From positions 63,117-127,116 of IMG/VR virus record IMGVR_UViG_3300025151_008277: a DNA stretch of 64,000 nucleotides. One strand, given 5' to 3'. Made by a program: the position numbers and the translations under genes. This document shows positions 19,643 through 29,442 of this stretch, piece after piece (positions within the stretch are counted from its first letter, which is position 1; each line of letters starts with the position of its first letter). The notes beneath the pieces were generated by a model. The model made no database searches. It saw only the letters and a program-made list of their open reading frames with translations, and was not told the origin of the DNA. The DNA is from a virus.

Positions 19643-20425
19643 ATGGTAGTATTCGCTAATATTAAAACAGATCCGGAGAATTTCAATAATACTGGAAACC
19701 GTTTCTGTACTCCTTACATTTATTATAAATTCCCATTTGATTGTACTCATAGGTGTATTGTTGGGGATTCTTTTAATGAAGAAGAGTATCCGTTAGTTTT
19801 AGGCGGTGGTGGAATGTTCCAAGGTTGGTTTATTGATAATGTATTTCCTAAATTTAAAAATAAAATAAAAATAGTATGGGGATCCGGTACTAATTACCAC
19901 CATACTAGTGAATATATTTTACCAGAGTTCCTCAACAAGTGGGATATGGTAGGTGTGAGAGATAAAGAGACAGATTTTTTTCGTAATAACAATATTGAGT
20001 ACGATTGGGTGCCCTGTGTTAGTTGTAAAAATGAGTTATTTGATATTTCGTATACTTCAAAGCACGATATTGTTATCTATGAGCACTTACACGCTCCTAT
20101 TGATATTGATTTTTTACCTAATGCTCCAAAGCTTAATAATATAGGAGGTAATCTCGAAGAGAAAATTAATTTTATAGGATCAGGAGATATTGTTATTACT
20201 AATTCCTATCACGGAGCCTACTGGGGATTACTTTTAAATAAAAAGGTTATTATATATAAACCATTTGCAAATAGATATCTTTATTTCCCATGGGATATAA
20301 GTATAGCTCATGAGTGGGATATTAAAGATACAATAAAGTCATGCACTAGTTTTAATATTCTACAAGAGTGTAGAGAAGCTAATGATGATTTTTATCAAAG
20401 AGTTTGCAATCTTATATTAAACTAA
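19643..20425 (+). CDS. Polysaccharide pyruvyl-transferase-like protein
   Basis: NTGN, LGGGG, WGSG, GVRD, TNSYHG. Confidence 0.75.
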   Translation: MVVFANIKTDPENFNNTGNRFCTPYIYYKFPFDCTHRCIVGDSFNEEEYPLVLGGGGMFQGWFIDNVFPKFKNKIKIVWGSGTNYHHTSEYILPEFLNKWDMVGVRDKETDFFRNNNIEYDWVPCVSCKNELFDISYTSKHDIVIYEHLHAPIDIDFLPNAPKLNNIGGNLEEKINFIGSGDIVITNSYHGAYWGLLLNKKVIIYKPFANRYLYFPWDISIAHEWDIKDTIKSCTSFNILQECREANDDFYQRVCNLILN

Positions 20426-21350
20426 CAAAATCTCTTTTGTAAATATTTTTTAGTAAGTGTTTTTTCTCTAAATTTACACTAACTGCAACACAGTCATTTA
20501 TACCGCCGTGTATAGTCAAACAATCTTTTGTTTCTTCTACATTTTGAGGGAAGAATATATCTACTACCCATGTAGAGTTAGTTCTACTTCTCCAATTGAC
20601 AAACTCTTTTCTCTGTTCTTTATTATAATTATCAAATGAACCAAATAATGGTATTCTGTTATAAGAAATAGGTATATAATCTTTAGTAACTTCCATTATA
20701 CCGCAAAAGTATTTCAACTCCCCTGCTATACCATACAATGTAGATGGATCTTCAACACAATATTCTTTTATAATTTTAGTTTTTATACTACTATGAAATA
20801 TAGTATATGTTTTATTTCTTAATTTAAATGTGTTAGTGCTTAGCCTTGGTATACCATATTTCTTTATCCAAGGTTCCCATTTTTTATTCTTTTCAAGTTT
20901 AACAATATTCCGATTGTTGCTATTATATATTTCTAATGGCTCTATTTTGTAAATAAATTTCCTATTATGTATTTGCCAGTTCTTTTCGTAAGCCCTATTA
21001 TTTAAATTATAGATATCACAACTTCTTTTTTTTATAGAACTATGACCCATCTTACACCCTAATACACTTGTAGTTTTTTTATCAAAGTAAGTTAAACAAA
21101 ATGTGAATTTACTTTTATTATAAAATCTCGGATCCTCGTATGATTCAAGGAAAAGACCATCTGTATTACTCTCTACTAAAATATTATCTTGTTTATCTAC
21201 TATACTACTTAAAACAAAATCTACTTCATCCACGTATCTTTCCCTTCTGTATATAGGTGTATCATTTAAACAAGACATATTTAAATAATTCTCATAACCA
21301 TCAAAGGATTTGTGTTCCTTTATATCGAAATCTTTTACTAATGGACCCAT
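20412..21350 (-). CDS. Hypothetical protein, possible GH130-like beta-propeller
   Basis: EDPR, EKNW, RLST, IFHS, GINDC motifs. Confidence 0.5.
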   Translation of the reverse strand: MGPLVKDFDIKEHKSFDGYENYLNMSCLNDTPIYRRERYVDEVDFVLSSIVDKQDNILVESNTDGLFLESYEDPRFYNKSKFTFCLTYFDKKTTSVLGCKMGHSSIKKRSCDIYNLNNRAYEKNWQIHNRKFIYKIEPLEIYNSNNRNIVKLEKNKKWEPWIKKYGIPRLSTNTFKLRNKTYTIFHSSIKTKIIKEYCVEDPSTLYGIAGELKYFCGIMEVTKDYIPISYNRIPLFGSFDNYNKEQRKEFVNWRSRTNSTWVVDIFFPQNVEETKDCLTIHGGINDCVAVSVNLEKKHLLKNIYKRDFVSLI

Positions 21351-21395
21351 CTAAAAATGCTTGAAATTAATTATTTTGTTTCCTTAAAATATCTC

Positions 21396-21423
21396 TTGAT
21401 AAAATTAAGATAGATAATATTAT
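21396..21423 (+). promoter_or_regulatory. Sigma70-type promoter
   Basis: TTGATA-N16-TATTAT-N6-ATG. Confidence 0.55.
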
Positions 21424-21429
21424 CGTTGT

Positions 21430-22026
21430 ATGATTCTGCAAGGACAAGAAGAAACTAAAATTTATGATGGTAATCTCATCCATAATCGGTTTGCTTATAA
21501 ATACTTTGGCAAAAAAACACTACCTATCGGAAATATTATTGCTTTTCGTGCTCCAATGCATGTAGAAGCAGAAGGAATGATTGATAATGAAGACCTTATT
21601 AATAATGATTATATTTACTCTGATGACGCTATTAATTTTTGCTGGGAACTTCCTAATATTTGTCCTCTTGGTGCTGTTGCATTTCAGAGATTGCTTAACA
21701 CGCAGATTGCAAACATTCTTTCAACGAAATACCTCAAGAAGCCCATCGAAGTAGACGGGGATGATCTTATTGTTCATGCAGAACATAATCAGCATAACAT
21801 TATTCAGCAAAAAGGTAAGTGTAGCGTAAGCATTACCTACTCAAAAGATAATGTCGCTATTGGTCACACCGCTATTAACATAACTGCAGGTAAGAAAGCT
21901 CCTGCTTTTGCTTTTAGTACAGAGCTAAAAGATAATGAATCTATTGATTTCATGAAAGATGTTATTGATGTGTTTTATGAAATGGCTGATGATATGTTTA
22001 TCGCTACTACTAAAGTGATTGTATGA
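21430..22026 (+). CDS. DUF366-like protein (BPL/LPL-like fold)
   Basis: YDG, FQRLL, DGDDL, KCSVSI, GHTAINI. Confidence 0.7.
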   Translation: MILQGQEETKIYDGNLIHNRFAYKYFGKKTLPIGNIIAFRAPMHVEAEGMIDNEDLINNDYIYSDDAINFCWELPNICPLGAVAFQRLLNTQIANILSTKYLKKPIEVDGDDLIVHAEHNQHNIIQQKGKCSVSITYSKDNVAIGHTAINITAGKKAPAFAFSTELKDNESIDFMKDVIDVFYEMADDMFIATTKVIV

Positions 22027-22391
22027 CGTTATTTGACTTCCTTAACAATATAACACATGATAAGAATAAGCCTGAATTAGATATATCAGACTTATCTAAT
22101 TACAGCCCTTATATTATTAATCGCTTTTTGTCTCAATACAGTCCTGAGATAAGTTATATAATCAATCATACTGTAAACAAAACGTGTGAGACTAATTCAG
22201 ATAAAGAGCATCATTATAAATTTTTAACTTATGCATTACCTGCGTTGAAGAAAAAATTTATACGTTATATTAAGAAGAAAAATGAAAAAAATAAAGATTT
22301 TACTAAGTGTGCTTCTTTACATGAAATATCGAAAAGAGAGGTAGATTTGTATTTTAAAGAATTTAATGTAAATATAGAAAATTATGAGTGA
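22023..22391 (+). CDS. gp62: Clamp loader small subunit (T4 gp62-like)
   Basis: LFDFLNNIT, YSPYIINRFLS, KKKFIRYIKK, EISKRE. Confidence 0.75.
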   Translation: MTLFDFLNNITHDKNKPELDISDLSNYSPYIINRFLSQYSPEISYIINHTVNKTCETNSDKEHHYKFLTYALPALKKKFIRYIKKKNEKNKDFTKCASLHEISKREVDLYFKEFNVNIENYE

Positions 22392-22869
22392 GTTTGAAAA
22401 GGCCCTTGATAAGTCAGGTATTGAACTGACAGATTCTCAACGCGATGCGTTTGATGTTACTGCTAAAAGAAGTTTAATTAATCTTGATACCTATGAAAAT
22501 GATACTTTCAGTTTATTAGGTTATAAACTTAGAACAGTTTTAGATGATATTCTTTTAGTTCAATATGTAGATCTATCTAATGATGGTAAATCTATTATGC
22601 GTAATGGTATTTTAATTCCGTTAGCGCAAGTTCAGCGTACATGGCGTATTGCTCGAGTAATCCTTAAAGGACCGCTATGCAAATACACTAACGTTGGTGA
22701 CTATATTTGTTTTCCTGATGACAAAGGTATTAAAGTAGATAATATTTCTGTCGCTGGAATCGAAGGATCAGCTAGAGATTGCGTATTTTTAAATGAAGCG
22801 CGAATCTTTGGTGTTTGTGATCCTGAAGAAATCGAAGTAGTAAACAACGAACAAAATGAAGATCAGTAG
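22384..22869 (+). CDS. GroES-like co-chaperonin with N-terminal extension
   Basis: DDILLV, GILIP, ARVILKGP, VGDYICF, FLNEARIFGV. Confidence 0.7.
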   Translation: MSEFEKALDKSGIELTDSQRDAFDVTAKRSLINLDTYENDTFSLLGYKLRTVLDDILLVQYVDLSNDGKSIMRNGILIPLAQVQRTWRIARVILKGPLCKYTNVGDYICFPDDKGIKVDNISVAGIEGSARDCVFLNEARIFGVCDPEEIEVVNNEQNEDQ

Positions 22870-23230
22870 AACAGCATTATTAGCTGAATTAAATAACAAC
22901 GTTTGCGAGATTAGGTTTATGAGACGTAACCCAAAAGAGGGTTCCCCGTCAACAAGGCGTATGCTTGCCTGTAATAATCTTAATCTGTTAGGTAGTGTTA
23001 ACGGTCGAACGGTTTTAAATTTTAAACCTAGTAGTTCTAGTCCCAGATATAACACTGCGAATGAAAATACAATTATTACATGGGACGTTTTTATGCAAAA
23101 CTGGCGTACTATAAACTGTGATAACGTGGAGCTTTTGAATACATGGTCTGATGATCAATTTTGGGATGTATTTAACGAAAGTTTCGCTCCATTATCTTCA
23201 GATGATAAGATAGCCTTTATGAATACATGA
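22856..23230 (+). CDS. SH3/Sm-like (WYL_2/DUF2693-like) phage protein
   Basis: VCEIRF.RR, RRMLAC, TWDVFMQNWRTI. Confidence 0.55.
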   Translation: MKISRTALLAELNNNVCEIRFMRRNPKEGSPSTRRMLACNNLNLLGSVNGRTVLNFKPSSSSPRYNTANENTIITWDVFMQNWRTINCDNVELLNTWSDDQFWDVFNESFAPLSSDDKIAFMNT

Positions 23231-23553
23231 GTCAAGTTGAATTCATAGAAACACAATTTAAGTCAATTTTATTGGAAACTATATCTGTAGAGCTGAGAGG
23301 TAAAACTGTAGCTAAAGGTAAGTTAGTTTTCTATGAATTCAAAGACTTTAATTTCAAATTTATATTTGACACTAATAAAAAATTTGAATTCCCTTATCCT
23401 TTCGATGTTGAGTCTAAATCTAAAGAGATTAGGCTTTCTTACCACAACAAGTTCATACATCACAACGATCCATTACAAAAGTTTAAGATGGTTAATTGTA
23501 TGAAAAACTTAAAAAATAAGTTTTATAATTCCACGCTAGTAGTTAAAATATAA
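23227..23553 (+). CDS. Hypothetical protein
   Basis: 108 aa ORF with ATGA overlap. Confidence 0.6.
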   Translation: MSQVEFIETQFKSILLETISVELRGKTVAKGKLVFYEFKDFNFKFIFDTNKKFEFPYPFDVESKSKEIRLSYHNKFIHHNDPLQKFKMVNCMKNLKNKFYNSTLVVKI

Positions 23554-23558
23554 CTCGA

Positions 23559-25190
23559 ATGAGAAAATACTTTCCTCAAGGTTATACCCCTACGGTTAAG
23601 CAGGAGTCTGTACTTGATTTGATTGGTGATAAGTTTTTTAACAATAAAAAGTTTCTTATCATACAAGCACCTACTGGAACAGGTAAGAGCTTTATATCTA
23701 AAACTGTAGCAAACGCAGCTAGACAGTGCACTAAGCAGTTTAGGGAGCTAGTTACATCAGGGGACATATACAAGACTCATGGCTTTGACGGCAGTTACGT
23801 TTATGCTGATAAAGTCTATAGTGAACCAGCTCATGGTTGCTTCTCGTTAACTATAACCAAGACGCTTCAAGATCAATATGCTAACTTATTTGATGATACA
23901 ACTGTATTCAAAGGTAAGTCAAATTATGATTGCGCGTTATTTCCAGAGTTTGAAGTTGATACAGCTCCTTGCTCCTATATTGGTAAACAAAAAGTAGAGT
24001 GTTTAGCTAATAAGTGTTGTAGCTACTACAATAAGCGAGATGAATCTCTTACTAGTCAGTTTAGTAGTTTGAGTTATAGTAAGTTTCTTACTATGGAAGA
24101 CCATACTAAACGTAGACAGTACTTAGTATTAGATGAAGCTTCAGAGTTAGAGTCGGAGTTAGTTAAAGAATTTACCTTCTCTCTACCTCATAAAGACCTC
24201 CGAAAGAAGGGTATCATATTTAAAAATAGTTCTAATAGAACAAAGCTATTTGAAAACCTATTTGAGTGTTATGGTGAGTTAAAAAACTACTTAGATGACG
24301 TTAAGAGACTTATTAACAGAAAGAAAACCACCTACACTAATGAAAGTAACCTGGTAAGAGACTATAAAAAGTTTAATAAAATAGCGCTCGGTCTAAAAAC
24401 TCTAATTAACACTTATAGGGAAAGTAAGTATATCGTTGAACGAGATAGTTTAGAGACAACGTTTATACCTCTCAAGGTAGATGTACTCAGTAAACACATA
24501 TTCGACCATGCTGAGAAGATTGTTTTACTATCAGCTACAATAGTAGGTGTAAAGAGCTTTGCAAAGTCGTTAGGTATTAGTGAAGATAACTTTGACTATA
24601 TTAATATAGAGAGTAATTTTGACGCTAAAAGGTCTCCGATTTTCGTTTATAAAGATACTCCCCTTAATGCTAAGAACTTAAACTCGACTTTACCTACTAT
24701 AGTAGATAGAATTGAAGGATTATTAGAACATCATCCTGAAGATAAAGGAATTATACATACTCAGAGTAATGTAATTACAGAATATATTAGAGACTTTATC
24801 GATAAGAAGTATGCTAAGAGAATGTTATTTAGGGAACCCGGTATTAAAAACGAGACAATACTAAAACTTCATACTGAAAGTCCTGAGCCTACAGTGTTAG
24901 TTAGTCCATCTATGACATATGGGGTCGATTTGAAAGATCATTTAGGTAGATTTCAGGTAGTAGTTAAACTACCATACCTTCCATGGCGAGATAAACGAGC
25001 AGAAATGATTAGAAAGATTGATGAGAAATGGTACACTTATAAAATGCTTTCTAATCTCATTCAAGCTTGTGGTAGAACTACTAGAGGTGAAGAAGATCAT
25101 AGTGTTACCTATATAATGGACTCTACTTTCTTGCGTATATTAGATATATATAGCGAAGATATTCCATCATACTTCTTAAAACGACTATGA
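23559..25190 (+). CDS. DinG/XPD-family SF2 helicase
   Basis: QAPTGTGKS, LQDQY, Cys cluster, LDEA, LSAT, QACGRTTR. Confidence 0.88.
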   Translation: MRKYFPQGYTPTVKQESVLDLIGDKFFNNKKFLIIQAPTGTGKSFISKTVANAARQCTKQFRELVTSGDIYKTHGFDGSYVYADKVYSEPAHGCFSLTITKTLQDQYANLFDDTTVFKGKSNYDCALFPEFEVDTAPCSYIGKQKVECLANKCCSYYNKRDESLTSQFSSLSYSKFLTMEDHTKRRQYLVLDEASELESELVKEFTFSLPHKDLRKKGIIFKNSSNRTKLFENLFECYGELKNYLDDVKRLINRKKTTYTNESNLVRDYKKFNKIALGLKTLINTYRESKYIVERDSLETTFIPLKVDVLSKHIFDHAEKIVLLSATIVGVKSFAKSLGISEDNFDYINIESNFDAKRSPIFVYKDTPLNAKNLNSTLPTIVDRIEGLLEHHPEDKGIIHTQSNVITEYIRDFIDKKYAKRMLFREPGIKNETILKLHTESPEPTVLVSPSMTYGVDLKDHLGRFQVVVKLPYLPWRDKRAEMIRKIDEKWYTYKMLSNLIQACGRTTRGEEDHSVTYIMDSTFLRILDIYSEDIPSYFLKRL

Positions 25191-25219
25191 AAATATGACA
25201 GAAGTAATAAATATTATTA

Positions 25220-25903
25220 TTGAAAACTCAATATTACGGCTTTGAAATAAAAGATATTATGAAGCAGTTCGTTTCTGCTTTTAATAGTATCGTTATCGAC
25301 AGATATAATAAAAACAGAGTTGTCCAAGAAAAGATTCAAGCTAATTTCGTTTATGCTCCTAAGGAGAGAGTAATCCACGACTTAGTAAATAAGAATCAAC
25401 ATTTAAAATTACCTGTAGTAGCTGTTTCTATGAACAGTGTTACTAGAGATAATGAGAGAGTGTTTAATAAGATACCTGGTTTTTACGTATCAAGAGCTCC
25501 TTCCGTAAGCGCAGGAGCTACCACAACAAATTTCTTTCCTTCTCCAATACCAGTTAATATAGGAGTTACAATGGATATATTAACTAGGTTTCAAACTGAT
25601 ATGGATCAAATTATTAGTAATTTTGTACCATATAATAACCCGTATATTATTATAAGTTGGAAGCTCCCTAGTTCTCAAAACTTATCTGAAAATTTAGAAA
25701 TAAGATCTGAAGTATTATGGGATGGTAATATTAGTTTATCTTACCCTGAAAAGCTTTCTGGGGTAGAACCATACAGAGTTTCTGCGACGACTAACTTTAC
25801 AATTAAAGGTTGGTTGTTTAAGAAAAATATTGATAGTACGGTCGCTAATATTTTCACAATCGACCAAAAATTTGTACCAGTAAGCGGATTCGAATATGAG
25901 TAG
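25220..25903 (+). CDS. gp15: Tail completion / sheath stabiliser (T4 gp15-like)
   Basis: FNSIVIDRY, YAPKER, LPVVAV, PIPVNI, DMDQIISNFVPY, FTIKGWLF; TTG start after TAAATA-N6. Confidence 0.75.
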   Translation: MKTQYYGFEIKDIMKQFVSAFNSIVIDRYNKNRVVQEKIQANFVYAPKERVIHDLVNKNQHLKLPVVAVSMNSVTRDNERVFNKIPGFYVSRAPSVSAGATTTNFFPSPIPVNIGVTMDILTRFQTDMDQIISNFVPYNNPYIIISWKLPSSQNLSENLEIRSEVLWDGNISLSYPEKLSGVEPYRVSATTNFTIKGWLFKKNIDSTVANIFTIDQKFVPVSGFEYE

Positions 25904-26375
25904 ATCAATAAAATACAGCAGTAAACTAACCTCGGTTACTAGTTTTAGCGGTAACTTTGACGCTCAATCTCTTTCAGCACGACCGCAACTTACTCGTGGC
26001 AATACCTTTACTACATTAACTTGTGGTTTCTCAGGTCAGAGCAGAACGTTTGAAGGTTATAGTTTTGATAGTGTAGAATCAGTTTTATTGAGCTGTCAAA
26101 ATAATACTAATGTTTTTGTAAGTGGTGGTGACCCTAGTCTTACAAACTGGCCTATATCAGGTTTTACATCTATTTCAACACTTTGTGACGGTACAACCCT
26201 TGATCCTCCCATATCTGGTATTATAATTGGCGGATACACTATAAATAGTTACAGTAGTATGACTATCAAGTTCCCTGAGATCTCAGCTACAGGTAATATT
26301 GACATTTTATTAATGAATGCTGCTGGTTACGGTAGTATGGTGAAGGATTTAAGTACAACAATAACAATAAACTAA
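25896..26375 (+). CDS. Hypothetical virion protein (Ser/Thr-rich, Ig-like?)
   Basis: Lies in the structural operon; beta-rich composition. Confidence 0.5.
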   Translation: MSRSIKYSSKLTSVTSFSGNFDAQSLSARPQLTRGNTFTTLTCGFSGQSRTFEGYSFDSVESVLLSCQNNTNVFVSGGDPSLTNWPISGFTSISTLCDGTTLDPPISGIIIGGYTINSYSSMTIKFPEISATGNIDILLMNAAGYGSMVKDLSTTITIN

Positions 26376-26376
26376 C

Positions 26377-28131
26377 ATGGATACAGGTAAAAGTTCAACT
26401 TTTGGAAGAAATTTGCAGCAATTTATATCAAACGCGCTACCATATAGGTCGCCAGCTGCGATTATCGACGACGTACAGCAAGATAACCCTAAGTTTAAGG
26501 AATTTTATCAAGCTGGGTCTTTGCGACAGGATCTTTTATCGAAGCACTCCGTGGTTACACCTAAAGTACCTGAATCTGATCACCCTGTAGGTAATTTTTT
26601 AGCTGATCGAGCATACAACCAGTTAATGTATGCTAATCTTGACGTTGATAAGGGTAAAAGATTAAGAGATTATCGTATGATGGGAGCTTTTGCTGAAGTT
26701 GCTGATGCCTTAGATGAGATTTGTGACGAGTTTTTGTGCGAGGATGATATGGGTAAGGTTATTGAACTACAATTTAGAGATATAATCGACTTTGATCCTT
26801 TAGTTAGTAAGCAACTACGAGAAGAGTTTAATAATTTTATCAACATCTTTGAGCTTAAAGAAAAAGGTTGGGAGTATTTGAGGTATTTGTTAACAGATGG
26901 TGAGGTTTATTTTGAAAATATTATTCATAAGAAACATCCTGAGAGCGGTATACTTGGTGTAGTTAATATTCCTACTCATATTATTGATCCTGTGTATGAT
27001 AATTACCAGAATATGTCTATTAAAGCTTTTTTGTTGCGTAAATTAAAACATCACAAAGATGATCAACGTAACGCAGGTCAAAGCTCTGTGCATTTAAAAG
27101 ATAAAGACTTTATTCCTCTTGATAGAAATCAAATTACGTACATTAACTCAGGTACTTGGAACGAAGATAAAACGTTTAGAGTGCCATTTATTGAAAATGC
27201 TCGCCGAGCTTATCGTCAGTTAACGTTGGTAGAAGATTCTGTTATTATTTACCGACTAGTAAGAGCTCCTGAACGTCTTGTTTTTAACGTCGACGTTGGT
27301 AATATGAGTCCTCCTAAAGCAGAAGGATACATGCGCAAGCTAATGCAGAACTATTGGTCTAAGAAAACGTTTAACTTAGATGAGAGTAAGAGAGTTAACT
27401 CCTTTAACCCACAATCTATACTTGATGCTTTCTGGTTCCCTAAAAGAGAAGGCAGTAATGGTACGTCAGTTGATTCTTTACCTGGCGGAGCTAACTTAGG
27501 TGAACTTCAAGACTTAGTATACTTTGTTAAAAAGCTATATAAAGCTCTGAAGGTGCCTACTAATAGAGCAGAAATCGAAAGCACGTATCAAGCTGATGCG
27601 AATGTACTTAGAGAAGAGCTTAAGTTTGCTAATTTTATCGTGAGACTACAGGCTAGTTTTGCTAAAGGATTGAAAGAGTCTTTTGTAACTCATCTTAAAT
27701 TAAAAAAGATGTGGAAGAATTTTGAGTTAAGAGAGAATGCTTTTGATTTAGTTTTCACTCCACCTCGTAATTACCATGAGTTACGTAAGCAACAAATTAT
27801 GGACTTGAAGTTAGGTAACTTCAACACTATTACTCAGAACGAATCCATCTCTAAGGGGTATGCTCAGAAGGTATACTTAGGTTGGAACGATGAACAGATT
27901 AAAGCTAATAGAGAATGGCTTCGCAAAGATGCATCTCTTCAACACGAGATTGGTAAAATTCAAGAAGGTGGTAGTGATTGGAACGCTGGTAGTGCTGCAG
28001 GACCAGATCTCGGCGCTGGAGTAGATCAGGGTGAAGATACACCTCCTGAATTCGGTCCTTCACCTGGAGGTGAACCCGAAACTGGTGAAGAACCTGAAGC
28101 TTCTGCACCGGAGCCGCCACCAGAAGCCTAA
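26377..28131 (+). CDS. gp20: Portal protein (T4 gp20-like)
   Basis: YRQLTLVEDSVIIYRLVRAPERLVFNVDVGNM, LPGGANLG, KKLYKALKVP, REELKF. Confidence 0.95.
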   Translation: MDTGKSSTFGRNLQQFISNALPYRSPAAIIDDVQQDNPKFKEFYQAGSLRQDLLSKHSVVTPKVPESDHPVGNFLADRAYNQLMYANLDVDKGKRLRDYRMMGAFAEVADALDEICDEFLCEDDMGKVIELQFRDIIDFDPLVSKQLREEFNNFINIFELKEKGWEYLRYLLTDGEVYFENIIHKKHPESGILGVVNIPTHIIDPVYDNYQNMSIKAFLLRKLKHHKDDQRNAGQSSVHLKDKDFIPLDRNQITYINSGTWNEDKTFRVPFIENARRAYRQLTLVEDSVIIYRLVRAPERLVFNVDVGNMSPPKAEGYMRKLMQNYWSKKTFNLDESKRVNSFNPQSILDAFWFPKREGSNGTSVDSLPGGANLGELQDLVYFVKKLYKALKVPTNRAEIESTYQADANVLREELKFANFIVRLQASFAKGLKESFVTHLKLKKMWKNFELRENAFDLVFTPPRNYHELRKQQIMDLKLGNFNTITQNESISKGYAQKVYLGWNDEQIKANREWLRKDASLQHEIGKIQEGGSDWNAGSAAGPDLGAGVDQGEDTPPEFGPSPGGEPETGEEPEASAPEPPPEA

Positions 28132-28140
28132 ATAATTAAA

Positions 28141-29442
28141 ATGGCAACTACAACATGGTCAGATTCATTTTTAAGCGCAGGTAGTCATTTATTCTCTACT
28201 AATCTTGCTAATAAAATAGCTAAGTACCAAGATTTAGCAGATAGAATATGTTACGATCTAGGATACCCTTTAGTTAATCTAGAGATTCACGGTCAGCAAC
28301 TGTATACTAATATAGCGCGCTCAGTGGAAATGTTTAGTAAGTTCGCTGGGTACACAGAAGAATTTTTAGTTTTTGATAGTAGCCTTTATACTCGTGGTAA
28401 AGGTTTAAATATAGAAAAATTATTAACCAATACACCTGAGTTAACAAGTACGTATGCTACTACTTTACAAACTACCCAGGCTACAACTAATACGGTTGCT
28501 ACACTTACTTCAATTGATTTCGAAGCTAATTCTGACGATACATTTATTACAGTCTTTCAGTTTGATGTTTCTGATATAGTTGTAGATCCATCTGAATATA
28601 CCTTTACTGTTACACTAGGAGATACTAATACTCAAATTACTAAACTACTTTCGGTAGCTACGTCTGGTGTTCCAACAGCAACAGTAAGTGAAACTGAGTT
28701 CGGTACTGTTTTTACCACTTCCACTGAAATTTTTGAGCTAAGTACTACAGTAGCTAGTAACTTAATATCTATTGGGTTAGTTCCTAAGACTGATAAATCT
28801 GGTTCTATAGTAGCAAACAGAAACGCTACAGTTATTAACGATACTACGACAACAACACTTACTACACAAAAAGCTATTATAGCTAATTTTGATGAACTAA
28901 CCAAACAATATCGTAAAGTTATTGAAGTATATAGCTTTGACGAAGCTAGTAATAGCGGTATCAATAACCTTTTTACCATCGAGCAGACATTAGCGCAACA
29001 AACTTATTTTAGTTATGCTATGGGTAACTATGGATTTGATTTAATTAGTTGGTATATATTAAAGCAGTGGATGGAAACGAGAGAGAAAATGCTCTCTATA
29101 CGTCGTACGTTTAAGTTTGATGATAGGACTCAGCATTTACATTTGTTCCCTGAACCAAAAACAGGAGAAAGCTTTTACGGGGTAGTAGGAGCTTATGTTG
29201 AAAAACCAATTAGAGACTTAATTGTAGAGCCATGGGTCTTTCAGTACGCATCTGCATTAACTAAAATATCAATCGGTAGGGTTCGTAGTAAGTTCGGTGG
29301 TACTCAATTATTTGGTGGAGGTACATTAGATACTTCCTTGTTACAAGAAGGTCTTTCAGAGAAGAAAGAGTTGGAGCAAATGTTATTGACTGGTACTCCA
29401 GGATTTGGTGACGCAGCTCCGCCTCAATTCTTCGTAGGATGA
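28141..29442 (+). CDS. gp13: Neck protein (T4 gp13-like) with an inserted Thr-rich domain
   Basis: LGYPLVNLEI, WVFQYASALTK, RSKFGG..LFGGGTL, PPQFFVG C-terminus. Confidence 0.8.
   Translation: MATTTWSDSFLSAGSHLFSTNLANKIAKYQDLADRICYDLGYPLVNLEIHGQQLYTNIARSVEMFSKFAGYTEEFLVFDSSLYTRGKGLNIEKLLTNTPELTSTYATTLQTTQATTNTVATLTSIDFEANSDDTFITVFQFDVSDIVVDPSEYTFTVTLGDTNTQITKLLSVATSGVPTATVSETEFGTVFTTSTEIFELSTTVASNLISIGLVPKTDKSGSIVANRNATVINDTTTTTLTTQKAIIANFDELTKQYRKVIEVYSFDEASNSGINNLFTIEQTLAQQTYFSYAMGNYGFDLISWYILKQWMETREKMLSIRRTFKFDDRTQHLHLFPEPKTGESFYGVVGAYVEKPIRDLIVEPWVFQYASALTKISIGRVRSKFGGTQLFGGGTLDTSLLQEGLSEKKELEQMLLTGTPGFGDAAPPQFFVG

Noticed and set aside
5038-21350. Possibility that the sugar island is a bacterial LPS/capsule locus (chimeric contig or prophage flank)
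   Set aside because: It overlaps phage thyX, shares the promoter geometry of the phage genes, is flanked by T4-like genes and has no export or polymerase genes.
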